A stretch of DNA of 64,000 nucleotides from Lama glama (lineage: Eukaryota). The notes under the pieces were generated by a model that was not told the DNA's origin, made no database searches, and saw nothing but the letters and a program-made list of their open reading frames with translations. Within the stretch, counting starts at the first letter, position 1. Every line of letters begins with the position of its first letter. The stretch spans positions 106,208,001 through 106,272,000 of the forward strand of contig CM052817.1 in the NCBI GenBank assembly GCA_028534125.1. Direction: 5' to 3'. Positions 51,921-64,000 of this stretch are shown here, in pieces. A program made the translations under genes and the position numbers.

Positions 51921-54071
51921 CTTATTTCAGTTACTTGGCTTCAGTTCAACACTCTGAAAAAGGAAAAAGAAAGAAAGATATATTTTGGAATATTTTGTGT
52001 ACAATGACTAAATTATTTTTGAGTGCAATGAGTAGTGAATCATCCAAAGAAAAATTAAAGAGGCTTTCCAAGAGACAGCACCAGAAATCCTGCCTTTATC
52101 CTCTGTTGTTGTGAAAGATGGTCATGATGTTAGCAGGAGATGAAGCTGAGAAGAAACTGAAGGTCTTAATAAACTTTTAGGATTTATATAAATTCAGTGT
52201 AGTTTCATAGAATCAACATTAGACTTCCACATCCTCTAAATCCCATGGTAAAGTGGATGTATCTTTCATTCTTGTTCTATTTTCTTAGGATTCCAGAGGG
52301 CCCAAACATCTAAAAATGTGTATAGATGAGACAAACAAGAAGAGTTAGTAGCAGTGAAAACTGTTAGTCACTCTATTATTAGTCTATTTTTTCTAAGCAA
52401 TTTCAAGATTGACTCCTCAGTCAGTGGATTACTTAGTATTTAGGATCATCAGATCCATCCTATTTGAATGGTAGAGGAAGCAAGGCCTTACTATCAGTGG
52501 AGGGTCTGGTATTGTCTGACAGATAAAAAGTATTCCTATCCACCTAAAGCTGGCCAAGATAGAATGGAACGGACAATTCAACCCCTGTGGAAGGAGGCTG
52601 GTGCATTAATCTGTGCCTTTGATACTAACTCATACAGTCCTTATTTAGCGCCTCAGTTTTCTAGTCTTAGATCCATAGACTCAATCTTGCTTCTAATTTT
52701 ACTTCTTAAGGTGACTGAAAAAAAAAAAAGAAAAACTGATTAAGGCATTCTTTTAGGTGTATTTGTTGGTTGTAATGCCTAAGCTAAGTAATTTTAAATA
52801 TTATTGCCTAGGAACCTGTATTTCTAGCCTACTACATACTGATTGCAGACAAGCAACAATGTAGAAATAGGCAAATGTGTCTGAAAAAAAAAAAGAGCTT
52901 TCTACAATCCATCTATGTCATATCCATACAAAATTAGAGAATCGTTCCAAATTCATAAATGATTTCCCTGAGTCTAAGTGTAATTATGTATACAATTTAA
53001 ATGTCTGTTTCAAAAATAGTAGTTTTGAAATGTACCCATATACTACTTTACTGTTTAAAAGACATCAGAAAATATTTTCACCAAATATACTTTCTTGATG
53101 TGGCTCTATATGCCTTCTTAAATGAAAGGTGTTTAACAGCCATTTTATATGAAATACAGTTGGGATATTAAGGCACTGCTGCCCACGATAATATGCTCTG
53201 TTTCCTGCCAAAGTAATTGTGGTCATGTAGCTTTGACCTCTGTTTGGGCAAGATATTTGTCTTTCCTGGCTTTCATCTGTCCTAATTACTTTGGTTTCCT
53301 TACCACCATCACTCACAAAGAACCTAATTGCTTTCTCTGAGATGCCAGCCCTCCCTGAAATCACCAATATGCTTTGTCACCTAGGGAGAAACCGAGCATC
53401 TGTTCCCACATCGTCACCTCCTCGGGAAAAGGCAGCTGCAGCTGTTTTTAGTGAGATTTCTCATTGCACGTTCAGGGTTGTTGAGAGGCTTATACTGTCC
53501 CTTTTGCTGTGAGATTATCTACTGAGGGAAGGCCAGGTTTTTAAGACGCATCCCCCGTATTCAGTGTGGCAATAGAGCACACTACATTTTCTGTCCTGAG
53601 GTCACACAGAGGATTTCCTTCTAGCCTTCCACAAAGTGATATGCAATTTTTATTGACTGCTTCTAAAGTAAATATCCTTATTTGTGTTACATTGTGTCAT
53701 TTCTAAACCAAGCTATCAACCCATATGCAGAAGACACTCCTATTTTGGCAGTGTCACCTCAAGTCTAAGTGACACTGTATTTCCACTGTAATATGTCATG
53801 ACTAAGAAGAGTTTCTCCCTCTGTTTTCTGTGTTCATCATAAAGAATTAGAGGTAATGAATTCTGAGTGCATCAAAACAATCAATACATAGATTTTGTAA
53901 AGGAAGATTCATTACTACCAAAATGTCTTTAATCATTGCTTTATAGGTGTTTAAAGCATATTCTTTTATATTTCCTTATCAATGAAACAATAGAATACCA
54001 AAAAAGAAACAACAAAAAAACCCTACAAAAGCTTAAATGCCTCTTTTTCATACCACAGAGTTTATGTATAT

Positions 54072-54230
54072 AGGCAGTGTGGTGGAAAAGCTACTCTATT
54101 AGGGGGCCCTGAACCTACATTGTTGGTGACGTTCATCTTCAGTTACACATTAAGTCTCTTTTATCTATTTTTCTACCATGAAAATAAGAGTACTTCTTGC
54201 AGTAGTTTGAAGCAGATTAAGATTTTAAAT
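54072..54230 (+). mobile_element. MIR remnant
   Basis: aggcagtgtggtggaaaag...agttacacattaagtctct...tttttctaccatgaaaataagagtac. Confidence 0.55.
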
Positions 54231-54506
54231 ACATTGGCATCCTTTGACTTTCTCACTGTTAGCTGGGGATGCAGGCGCTTCCATTGTAACAGAGAATCAA
54301 CTAACATGACTGCATTCCCTCAACTGAGACTGGGAAACCCCTCCTTCTCTCACCTCACATGGGGCACGCGGACCTTTCAAGAGAGAATCAGGGATGGAGG
54401 CAAAATTGTTTGAAGTCTTACTGACAATAGAAAGGTTGTCCTTTCTGTGTCTAAAAGTCTCAGCCACTAATACACCCCTTCATATATTTTTTATATAAAA
54501 TCTTTT

Positions 54507-55444
54507 TGAGAAAGAGAGCACATTTGCTGTCTCTGTGTTTGTAAACAGCTCTTTGCGGGAAACCGCCCTCAGCAGGAACCTCCTTTTGCCCGGCCACTTT
54601 AGCAAAGCTACACAGGAACTAACTTTTAAACCAGGTGCCCCCCACTGCCTTGCCCTACTCACCTCCAGCCCAAGCACCCCCTTTCCGGTGTTTTGATCAC
54701 AGGACACCTCGCCTAACTTGTTGGTTGGTTCTTTTCTAGATCAAAGAGGTAGAAATGACGAATAAGTAATTAACAGGTGATCAGATCTCTTCCCTAGCTT
54801 TCCCGTAGTCATCTCGCAAACAAGATAGCATCTAAAGGCAGACCACGAGGAGTCAGCGAGCCTGCATGCAGTGGGAGACGGCTAAGAGTTTGGTCTTCAA
54901 CCTCAGTGACTAACTGAGATTGCTTCCCTTCTTCCCTTTAAAGTTTTTATGGCTGAGCAGCATCTTTGGAGTTGCTTTTGAGGGGACGTGAGTCCACCTT
55001 CTCCCCAGATTGCTGGCATTCTGATTAAAAGCTACTTGCTGTGTGTATTAGTTGGGGGATGGGTTAAGAAAAATATGTCTAATAATAAGAGAGTGTGGAA
55101 TAGGATGAGATCATAACTCAGTGGATATTATAAAGCCAATCAGAAAAATAACCGTAAGGTACCAAGCTGTATAGAAAAGGGTTTGAGCTGGAAATTTTTT
55201 ACCAATCAGATTAGCATTAGACTGGGGATGAAAGTTCATACTTCATAGGTTAACATTTATCCTAAATGGTGTTAACATAAAATCGGGCTGGTTATAATAA
55301 ACTATTCTGAAATTCTAGTTAAAAAAAAACAAAAACAAAAACAAACAACAACAACAAAAACACTGCTTTTCTTTTTACCAGCGATTGACTCTCTCCAGTA
55401 TTGATTTTTTGAGTGGCAAGCAGCCGGGCCCAAGTTTGGTAACG
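54507..55444 (+). mobile_element. Solo ERV LTR interrupted by a polyadenylated insert
   Basis: tgagaaag start, ATTAAA at 55024-55029, U5 ending tttggtaacg; flanking direct repeat ctttt (54502-54506, 55445-55449). Confidence 0.8.
55041..55360 (+). other. Retroposed polyadenylated fragment of unknown source
   Basis: AATAAA at 55296-55301, A-rich tail 55321-55360, insertion at gatt/aaaa, degenerate TSD. Confidence 0.7.
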
Positions 55445-55449
55445 CTTTT

Positions 55450-56170
55450 AGTTCTCAGTCCACTAAAATCTGACTTCTGAATCTGCTTAGCATGGAAATC
55501 GCTTGTGGTCAATTTCCAAATCTACTGTAGTAGATTTATCTTTATCAAACTTCCATGGTGTTTACTCTGCACAATCAAGCCACTGTTCCAAGAGCTTCAT
55601 GAATACGGCTTAGTAAGAGAACACTGATAGGAGGAAATCAGGTTTGTGGAACATCACTAACAAAGGTTCTTAGTCTGTATCCATAGTTGACTGCTGCATC
55701 GGTTACTGTGCACCCCACCCCTCACCTTCTCAGTTTTCTCCTTTCTTGCTTCCTATGAGGAAATTCTCTCCGGGGTTTCTTTTACTCTGCCTCGCTCCTC
55801 TTCCTTCATCCCCTTCTTGGGCGTCTTTGTGAATGTTGGTATCTTACTCCTCTTCTCTCTCCCTTGGATCCTTTGCCTTGGGTGGTTCAAAGACACTGAG
55901 AAGCATCTCAAGTCTCGTTTTCTTAACTTGGCTTCAGTGTTTTTTGTTTTCTTTTTCTACTTTTTTTTTTTTGGCTTATTTGTATTCAGTGAACATTTCC
56001 AGGACCCTCAAAAGCTAAGAATTAGAAACTAAAAAGTATTAACCTCAAAACCAACCTCCCTCAAACATCCCCCTCTGCAGTAAATGCATCACTGTTAATC
56101 TGTTTGCAGGAGCCAGGTAGGAGCCACCCAGATTAGTTCACAGGTGCTGTCATTCTACATCTTCAGTATC
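55450..56170 (+). mobile_element. L2 body remnant
   Basis: cagtccactaaaatctgacttc...tccaaatc...pyrimidine-rich L2-like body. Confidence 0.55.
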
Positions 56171-56457
56171 TCTAACACTTTGATTGTGATGTGCAGTTTA
56201 TAGTATATGGCTTGTACTTAGTTCTCTCCACCTTTATGACAAAAATAAATAAATACAAGATAGACAACATTAACTTGGTATGTTTTCAGAATTTGATTGC
56301 TTTTTTTAATGTTTGAAAATGACACCTTTCTTTTTCTATGTAACACAAATTTGGATTTAGATCTTCTTCAATCAATACTATGGTTTTATCATTAAATACT
56401 TGAAGGCTTATACTCAGAGAGACTAGTTAGAGAACGGCAGCTCAGTCTACAAGGGGA

Positions 56458-56957
56458 NNNNNNNNNNNNNNNNNNNNNNNNNNNNNNNNNNNNNNNNNNN
56501 NNNNNNNNNNNNNNNNNNNNNNNNNNNNNNNNNNNNNNNNNNNNNNNNNNNNNNNNNNNNNNNNNNNNNNNNNNNNNNNNNNNNNNNNNNNNNNNNNNNN
56601 NNNNNNNNNNNNNNNNNNNNNNNNNNNNNNNNNNNNNNNNNNNNNNNNNNNNNNNNNNNNNNNNNNNNNNNNNNNNNNNNNNNNNNNNNNNNNNNNNNNN
56701 NNNNNNNNNNNNNNNNNNNNNNNNNNNNNNNNNNNNNNNNNNNNNNNNNNNNNNNNNNNNNNNNNNNNNNNNNNNNNNNNNNNNNNNNNNNNNNNNNNNN
56801 NNNNNNNNNNNNNNNNNNNNNNNNNNNNNNNNNNNNNNNNNNNNNNNNNNNNNNNNNNNNNNNNNNNNNNNNNNNNNNNNNNNNNNNNNNNNNNNNNNNN
56901 NNNNNNNNNNNNNNNNNNNNNNNNNNNNNNNNNNNNNNNNNNNNNNNNNNNNNNNNN
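56458..56957. other. Assembly gap (500 N)
   Basis: Run of N. Confidence 1.
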
Positions 56958-58049
56958 CAGCAGATTCAAGCATATGTCCTAACCACAATAGTTAGAAATA
57001 ATTTGGTACAACCATAAGCAGGTGCATATCTAACACACAACTATTGCAATTTGAGATTTAATTATTTTGAATTTTCTTCTTAATGTAAAAAAGGCAAATT
57101 TATTGTTTCAAAATAGTTGTTTCGCAAAACTGAAAATGGTTTTCATGGACCTTGGGATTTTTATCTTGAACATCCAATCAGAAAATAATATGTAACAAGA
57201 CTATGATTTAAATAGCTTTACTTAATCATTTCTGGTCATTAAGTTAATACACAAATTATGATCACTGAAGTTCAGTAAGAAAAGTATGACTTTTCATTAC
57301 ATTTCATGAATAGTTAATCTTTATACTAATATTAAGCATACAATGGAAATTGTACAAGATTATAGCTTGTTTAAATATAACATTGTATCTTGTTTGCACA
57401 GCAACATCATTTTTATATGTTTTGCAGTGGTTTATGTAAATCACTAATCATGAGAGAAAATGCTTGTCTATGGTATCAAACAGATTTCTGAATTGTTTTG
57501 TTATTCCAAATGATTTTAATAAGTGTGGACTTCCCTAGTGAACAAATAAAGCAGACTTCTAAATCTGTATCTTATACTAGCTTTACTTAAGTTTTAAAAA
57601 GCTATGTTTTATTTTCCAAACAATTTTTATATTTTGATTTTTATAGTCTCCCGGGCAACCATGAAACATTAATTTCACAACAAGCTGGAGTAAATTATTA
57701 GAAATAAAGTATGGGAACTGTATGAAATTCAAATTTCTAAAATTAGATTTGAAAATAAAGAAATATTATTTATAAATTTCTTCAAAAACATGTATTTATA
57801 AGGCCAAAATAGGTATCAATTGTTTAAATATGTTTCTGTTTACAGATCATTATACATTAATATAAAAACTACAGTGAATAAAATATTAAATGTTAAAAGA
57901 TTTTTCTGAAGTTGTTATAAATCCTCATAATAGTGAAAACAGTATTTATTGAGGATAATGGGAAAAAAATCAGTATGAATTCTAATCCAAATTAAGTTGG
58001 TTAGTAATCATGTGATATTTGGTAAGTTCTTAAAGTACAGAACTTTTCA

Positions 58050-61000
58050 TTACACTAAAAGTTAGAAATACATCTGAATGCATTCAAAGAGAGTGTGAGT
58101 GAATAAATTGTATAATATTCGTACAATGGAATATTATATATCAATAATAATGAATTTAAATGTTGATATTAACACAAATGCATCAACTTTTATAATATAA
58201 ATATAGGTAAAAAATGGAAAAGAGTACTTATACATACTATTTTTTTATAAAGTTAAAAATAAATACATAGTGAATTTAGGAATAAATTAAAAGTTCAATA
58301 AATTCGTAACTGTAACAAATTTTTTGTTAACCAACCACTTGTTATCTAGAGATTCATTTTACATATAAAAATACAGATAGGATGTGTGGAGTTGTTATGC
58401 CATGTAAATACTAGGGTTATGATGTCCATCTTAAAAACAGAACAATTATATTAGAAGAAACATCACCTGAGATAACAGAGATATTTTATAAAAACAACAA
58501 GTCAGTCCGTTATGAAGACAATGAAGTTAATTGTGTTTGTGTCTAATAACAGCAAATTTCAAGGGGAAAAATAGACAGCATTAACAGGAGAAAGAGAGAG
58601 ACATTTCTATAAACACAGCTGGAGATTTTATCTCTGCCTCTTCCTGGTACTTGATAGAACTAGACAAAATCTAAAAGGACACAGAAGAACACTGTCAAGT
58701 ACTACCAAATCGATAATTAGTAGCTACACTCAACAACTGGGGAAAGACCATTCTTTCTAGGGTACATGATATGTTCACCTTAAAAACAACATATCCAGTC
58801 ATATTTCAAGCTTCAAATCATTTGAAAGAATAGAAATAACAGTGTCCACATTCATCTAAAATATAGAAATCTTGAAAGAATATAACTCCCATCCAAACAA
58901 ACTACAGAGCCATAACTTTCTTGAAGCTATCAGAAAGCTGACATTATAAGGTAACATATCAACATAGCAACTCATGTAGGATGCTGTGAAGGTGATACTT
59001 AGAAATAAATTGATAACTTTAATTGTTTCCATTAAGAAATTTTGAAAACATCTAAAAATCAGCAAGATAAGTTTCTACCTTAACAAGTAGATAAAAGAAG
59101 AGAAAGAAAACACAAAATAAGTAGAACGAGTTAAATAAAACAGAGAGCAGCAAAAATGATGAAAAGAAAATGGGGAAAATAGGAAAAAAAAATAGAGATA
59201 GAAGTACCAATTGCCAAAAAGTTTTGATGTGAATTTTTTAAAAAACTATAAACCCATGAATCCAAGAACTTCAGTCAATCCTTAGCAGAAGAAACATAAA
59301 GAAAAACACACCATGGGATAGCAAAATCAAATTATCGAAGATAAAACCTTAGAAGAGAACATTTTTAAAGCAGAATAGATTACATAACAGTAAGCATAAG
59401 GAAGTTCACAGACTTCTCATGCAATAGTATGCAAAATTAAAGACAATAGATAGACAAGTAAAGTTTTGAAAGGAAACACAACAAAACAAAACTTAAACTC
59501 CCTCTAAATGCTGCCATTCTAATTTCCCCCCACAAAAATCTTTTTAAAAATATTTTGTGTATTCTTTCAGATACACAAAAATGGAAAGAATGCATTATCA
59601 TTTGATTTGCACCACAGAAAATGTTAACATATTCAAGCAGAAGAAAAATAATAAAAAATGTATTATTGTACCTAAATAGAGTGAGTAATAGAAATGGTAA
59701 ATATATGGGCAAAGGTAGAAGTTTTTCTTCAAATGTGATACTTTAAAAAGGAAATTGACTATCAAGGACATATAGAATAGCAATGCATTGTTCTATAAAA
59801 TATTTAGAAGTACATGACTGAAGAACAATGATTGGGAAGTAAGTAGAAAAATTACATTATAAGATTTTTTTAAACTATAAATAAGGTTTTAGAATATTTT
59901 TTGAAACTCAGTTATGATAAGTTAAAATTGTGTAATATAAAATATAGCACAAACACTAAAATAAAAGTGTATCTACCATTATTAGCAGTGAAGGTAAAAT
60001 GTAATAAAAATAACAAGACTTTAAAGAGCAAAAAAGGAAGGAAATGTAAAAACTAAAAAACAAAATACATGAAACAAATAGTAAGGAATAACAAGATGAT
60101 TGATTTAAATGTAATTACACTGATAATTACAGTAAATATAAATGCTACAAATATACAGTTAAAAGTGAAAGACTGTTAACCTCAAAAACAAATACATAAA
60201 ACCTCAAAAAACTTTAAATACAAAACAAAATTAAAAGTAGATTAAAAGTAAAATAGATGGAAAATTATATATAACATGCAAACACTAAACAAAAGGAAGA
60301 TAAAATAAGTACATTAATGACAGACAATAGTTTTCAGAGTAAGGAGCATTGTCAGAGACAAAGAAGAGCATTCCATAATAATAATACAAGGGCCAATTCA
60401 TCACACACATGCAAAAATAACAGTAACCTAATTTCAAAATACATGAAGCAAAAACCAATAGGACTGAAAATAGGAATTTTTTTAAATCAGCAATTAGGAT
60501 ATTCCTACATTCTTCTCTCAGTGAAAGATAGAACAAGTACACTAAAATTCAATAAATACATTAAACATCTGAACAACACTATTAATCGACTTAAACTAAT
60601 TTCTATATAGAGAACACTACAACAAAAATATTCACAGTACAGATTGTTTTCAATTTTACACTAAATATTCACCAAGATGATTGCTATTGTGGGCCATAAA
60701 ATAGTTTCAATAAATTTAAACAGATTGAAATCACACAACGAATGATCCAAAGAAATCAAGCCAGAAAGCATTGACAAAAATATACTTTATAAAACACCTA
60801 GTATTGGAAGGCAAATCATATTTCTAAATAATTCACAGATTAAAGAAGATATCAAAAATGGAAGTTAGAAAAGAGTTTTACCTGGGCAAAAATGAAAACA
60901 CAACACATCAAAATTTTCACAATATTGTTAAAGAAGTAACTAGAAGGCTATTTTAGAAATTATATGTTTAAATTAAAAAAGAATAAACTCAAGTAAAACC

Positions 61001-61110
61001 AAAAGGCTGAGGCCCAGAATAGACATTTTTACAGAGAAGACATACACACATCATAAGTGTAATGACTTACATGACATGAAATTCCTTCATAGACATAAAC
61101 TACCAAAACT
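58050..61110 (+). mobile_element. Cluster of old L1M fragments (EN region, then ORF1 end/inter-ORF/EN region again)
   Basis: Very A-rich plus strand; motifs gctggagatttta...acactcaacaac...atgttcacc (58620-58780), tccaagaacttcagtcaatccttagcag (59260), aatattcaccaagat...gggccataaa (60665-60700). Confidence 0.75.
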
Positions 61111-61984
61111 GAATCAATAATAATTAGTGAAGGTGAACAATCATGTATTTATTCCTTGAGCATCTTTGGTAATTTAAAGGTGGTGGGTTGAGGAATTTGA
61201 TAAAAGCCATATTAGCTTTTCAGCTAGTATGCCTGTGAATTCTTGATCATCAATCTGTGGAAAATATATCTGGATGTGTGATGGTATATTTGTGCAACAG
61301 ATTATGTTCTGTGGATTTATAAAGTGTTCACACAGAGGCTCAGAAGTGTTAAACTACCCCCCTAATGACATGAATTATGAAAAATTGGGTTCATTTATAT
61401 TCTGACAAAAGTAGCAATACTCTTATTCCTATAACCAGATTCTAATTAATTTCAAGATTGGTATCCTCAGCTTTCCACAATTCAGAAGCCTGTATAGCTT
61501 GAATATGGAAAACATAAATGATTGCAGTTTAACCAATGTAATTATGTCTTACAATGATATTAGTAGTCTGCTTTGGAGTGAGAGTTACCTGACAGAATCT
61601 CAAATTTCTCAATTTTGGTTCCATAAAAAATAAGCCCTTGAAAGAATCAAAGAAATGTTGCTGTGATTCTGTTTTCTCAAGGAAATTTAATCTGCACCTT
61701 CTAGGATTACTAGGATGGCAACTAAATGAAATATACTTTAAAAAATGTTCACTGAATTTGATTTAAAATAAATAACAAACAACATATCACGCACACAGAG
61801 CTTTAGCATTTTTTTCCTTAATGAATCCTGACCTTTTAGTTGGAATGTTGTCAAGTCTGGGGAACATGGTGAGAAGTCTGAAGCTGTGTCCTTGTGGTAG
61901 GGGCACAGATACGGCCAGCAGTCTAAGGCATGACTGTGGTACCCAAGGTGATCTGATGAAGGTATTTTCACTGAACTACCTCCC

Positions 61985-62366
61985 TGCATCAGTCAGCTCC
62001 AACTGCGTAACAAAATTCCATAGACTATGTGTCTTTCAACAGGAATTTATTTCTCTCTGTTCTGGAAGCTGGAAGCCCAAGATCAAGGGGTCATAGGGTC
62101 ACTGTCTGGTGAGGGCTTTCAAGGTTGGAGACGGCTGTCTTCTCATTTTGTCTTCTCAGGGCCTTTGTTCTGTGTGTCCAGGTGGAGACATAGAGGAGGC
62201 AAGTTTTAAAAGGGCATTGATCTCATCATGAGGGACTTGCCCTCTTAAGCTCACCTAAACCTATTCACCTCCTGAAGGCCAAGTCTCCAAATGGCACTAC
62301 TTGGGGGGGTTAAGGTCTTTAACATCTATATAACTGGGGAGAGGAGGCACAATTCAGTCCACAACA
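61985..62366 (-). mobile_element. MLT1A-type MaLR LTR
   Basis: tgcatcagtcagctc...aatttatttctc...gttctggaagctggaagcccaagatcaagg...aattcagtccacaaca; 5-bp TSD ctccc/ctcac. Confidence 0.9.
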
Positions 62367-62882
62367 CTCACTAAAGTGTTAGAGCCAGAAATGTGAATGA
62401 AGGCAGAAAGTTTGGAAAAAAACAAAACAAAGCAAACAAAAAACCCCATAACATACAGATAGGTATCCCACTGGGACAAGCTACACATGGCTCAGAGCCT
62501 GAAAGAACTGGGTGATTTTCTCTCATTATAAAGGGGCATAGAGGGAAATCTACAACTTAAACCCTTGTCAGTATTAACTACCCATGAACACAAGCTTTGT
62601 CTATTATTTTACACTTTAAAGACTAGACAGTAACAGATACTTCAATATTAGGAGTATAGCAATGGCTGTTGGAGGCTGACTAGTAGATTAATGATCCAGT
62701 CAAATGAATGTAAAAGCAGAAATGTCCTCTCTTTGCCTATTTTTTCTGTTATGTTTCCTAAGAAAAATACCAAATGCATATGCTTATATCTCTCACTAAA
62801 GGAATTAGCAATTACAAAAGAGATTTTTAAACATCAATTATATTTAAAACTTATTTATTTTCTTAATAAAGATGCCTGTTTC

Positions 62883-62960
62883 TAGGATACCCAAATTTAG
62901 CAAGTAAAACACAAGACACCCAGTTACACTTGAACAATATCTCTGATACATTTTTCTATT
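62883..62960. mobile_element. MER53-like hAT MITE fragment
   Basis: ccaaatttagcaagtaaaacacaagacacccagttacacttgaa. Confidence 0.6.
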
Positions 62961-64000
62961 CTAATTGTAAAAAGTTGAGTATGAGATATTTCAGAAGTCC
63001 TGACAAAATCATTGTGTGACTCAAGATCAAAGAAATACATACAAGGCATGCTCTGTCTACAGTCAAGCCTACCTGTGTCTCACTCTTCCGTTGTACTCTG
63101 TGTAGTATTCTAAGCCCAAAGTTAAGGATTAGCATTAATTTTTAAATAGAAAACAAATCAGAGGCATCCTATCCTTCAACCAGACAGGATTTTAGCAGTT
63201 TTAAAGCATTTTTATTGTTCATACAACAGTTTTGTGAGTGTGAAACTGTAGTAACAGAAAGAAAGCACTTTGGAAAACTTGCTGATACTCAAGCAGTCAT
63301 CAAGCAATCTTGTCACCAACTATATTCCTGAATGTGTGTTGTCTTTTGGACTTTGAATAGGATACACTGAAGAAATATGACAAAAAAAAAAAAAGATGTG
63401 AAGGACAAGGAGAATTGAAGGTCCAAATAATTCTGATTATATGAATTACAAAACTAAAGATATACTTGGTTTTGAGGCTGTAAGAGAGTGAGGTGACTTG
63501 ACAAATAGATCTGACATGACTTGTTTTGTAAGCCATCCTGCATGTCAGAATTCCTGCGGCGAAAGCACAAAACTGGAGTGAACTTGGGACCACAGAAGAA
63601 ATTCAAGTGTGTTTTTAGCATTTACGATAAGTGAAAAACAGACATCCCATCTACCCTTTGCCCCACACTTGGGAAATAAGGCTGAAGGCCCTTTGTACTT
63701 GGGATGGTAGGAGGGAACTCCCAATGAGGGCGTCTCTTTTATAATCACTCAGCACATCTGGGTGTTTCTGGATGTCCTAAAGGTCAAGCTAATATTGGCT
63801 GTTAAAGGTTAGAATCCAACATTGCTAGGATGGGAGGAAGAGATGGAAAATGTTTACCATTAGGGAAAGTGACACATTGAAACTACAACAAAAAAGTGCA
63901 TTACAGAACAAAGTTAAAGAGCATTTAAGAGGGGAAAAAATGACCACAACATATCATGTGAAATAACATTATTAAGTCTGCACTTCCTTCTACATGTGAA

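Overview
Repeat-rich, AT-rich mammalian non-coding DNA, most likely camelid (alpaca/camel). This rests on a Vic-1-type tRNA-derived SINE, many short lineage-type L1 3' ends, and no Bov-A/BovB, PRE-1 or Alu elements seen. I could not support any intact host protein-coding exon or RNA gene; the ORF track consists of chance ORFs, N-gap artefacts and decayed retroelement coding sequence. The window holds three assembly gaps, old L1/L2/CR1/MIR/MER remnants, three to four MaLR/ERVL LTRs and about eight ERV1-class LTR insertions. Three structures stand out. (1) A nested, mosaic ERV at 21196-25311 whose internal region reads IN tail, env SU, partial LTR, env TM #1, protease, env TM #2, LTR. (2) A 55-bp fold-back copy of an LTR segment about 950 bp downstream of its apparent template (42576-42630). 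(3) A polyadenylated ~320-bp retrocopy inserted at an LTR's poly(A) signal (55041-55360). Repeat family names come from recalled consensus features, not database searches.
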